From contig NC_092678.1 in the NCBI RefSeq assembly GCF_964355755.1, positions 20,353,365 to 20,417,364 of the forward strand: a stretch of DNA of 64,000 bases, given 5' to 3'. Under the pieces are notes generated by a model that saw only the letters and a program-made list of their open reading frames with translations, searched no databases and had not been told where the DNA came from. This document shows positions 63,390-64,000 of this stretch, piece after piece. A program made the translations under genes and the position numbers. Numbering within the stretch: position 1 is the first letter of the stretch; each line of letters starts with the position of its first letter. The DNA is from Antedon mediterranea (taxonomy: Eukaryota; Animalia; Echinodermata).

Positions 63390-64000
63390 ATGAATAATAC
63401 TACAGACTTTAGGGACGAAATACTAGATTATACTAATGTAATAATACATACAAGTGTATGGCTAGTGATATCGTTGTGGATAATTGTCAGTAATTCATTC
63501 GTTATTGCGGTCACTATCTGGAAAAAGTTGTACACTAACTTGGCAAGACGTATCCAGTTCAGTCTAAGTGTTATTGATTTAATATCTGGAGTCATTGGTA
63601 GTATATTGTCGTTGTATAGAGTTTTTGTGGAAATACCCATTATAGAAACTTTATTTGACTGTATTTTTCTGTGTCTGGTGTTCATATCACAGCTGCATCT
63701 TGGGTTGTTAGTAATCGAAAGGTACGTGGCAATAGTCTATCCGTTACGTTATAATCACATAATGACATCACGCGTTGTAGACATTGGGATTGTAGTCACG
63801 AATATAATAGCGTTTTTAATGTTCATACCTGGTGTATTCATCATCGTATTTTCAAGCGATTGGTTATTTTTCTTGATGTTCAATACGATTAATCTTATAA
63901 CTCCGATGTTGATATGCGTTTTCAACGTTATAATTTACCGCAAAGCTAGGCAACAACAACGAAAAATCGACGCAATGGAAAATATTGTGATCAGAACAAA
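63390..64000 (+). CDS. Class A GPCR (subfamily C-like), cut by the window end
   Basis: MNNTTDFRDEILDYTNV...LHLGLLVIERYVAIVYPL...KARQQQRKIDAMEN, open to the window edge. Confidence 0.88.
   Translation, partial: MNNTTDFRDEILDYTNVIIHTSVWLVISLWIIVSNSFVIAVTIWKKLYTNLARRIQFSLSVIDLISGVIGSILSLYRVFVEIPIIETLFDCIFLCLVFISQLHLGLLVIERYVAIVYPLRYNHIMTSRVVDIGIVVTNIIAFLMFIPGVFIIVFSSDWLFFLMFNTINLITPMLICVFNVIIYRKARQQQRKIDAMENIVIRT

Noticed and set aside
15206-63685. Recurrent antisense and alternate-frame ORFs over the GPCRs (e.g. MNWIRFAK..., ...INNRKIRSNS...)
   Set aside because: They recur only because the underlying GPCR codons are conserved; lengths and starts are inconsistent.

Overview
AT-rich eukaryotic (metazoan, probably marine invertebrate) genomic DNA with two parts. 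(1) 976-7857: the 3' nine exons of a spliced + strand gene. Assembled through GT-AG, all phase-1 introns, it encodes a Ser/Thr-rich stalk, one transmembrane helix, a death domain and a C-terminal vertnin-like OTU-fold domain with Cys and His motifs. This receptor architecture is unusual. (2) ~15 kb to the window end: a head-to-tail array of about 21 single-coding-exon, odorant-receptor-like class A GPCR loci (10 intact, 1 cut by the window edge, 4 disrupted full-length copies, 6 fragments) in about five subfamilies. The array is interrupted by a structurally complete but coding-decayed DIRS1-type tyrosine-recombinase retrotransposon, a CR1-type LINE, two Helitron/HINE-like elements, MITEs and subfamily-specific upstream minisatellites. 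Paralog comparison also shows recurrent TA>TAGGCCTA micro-insertions (probable transposon footprints, two inside coding sequence) and a conserved splice-acceptor-like motif upstream of most receptors. All calls come from reading the sequence; no database search was run.
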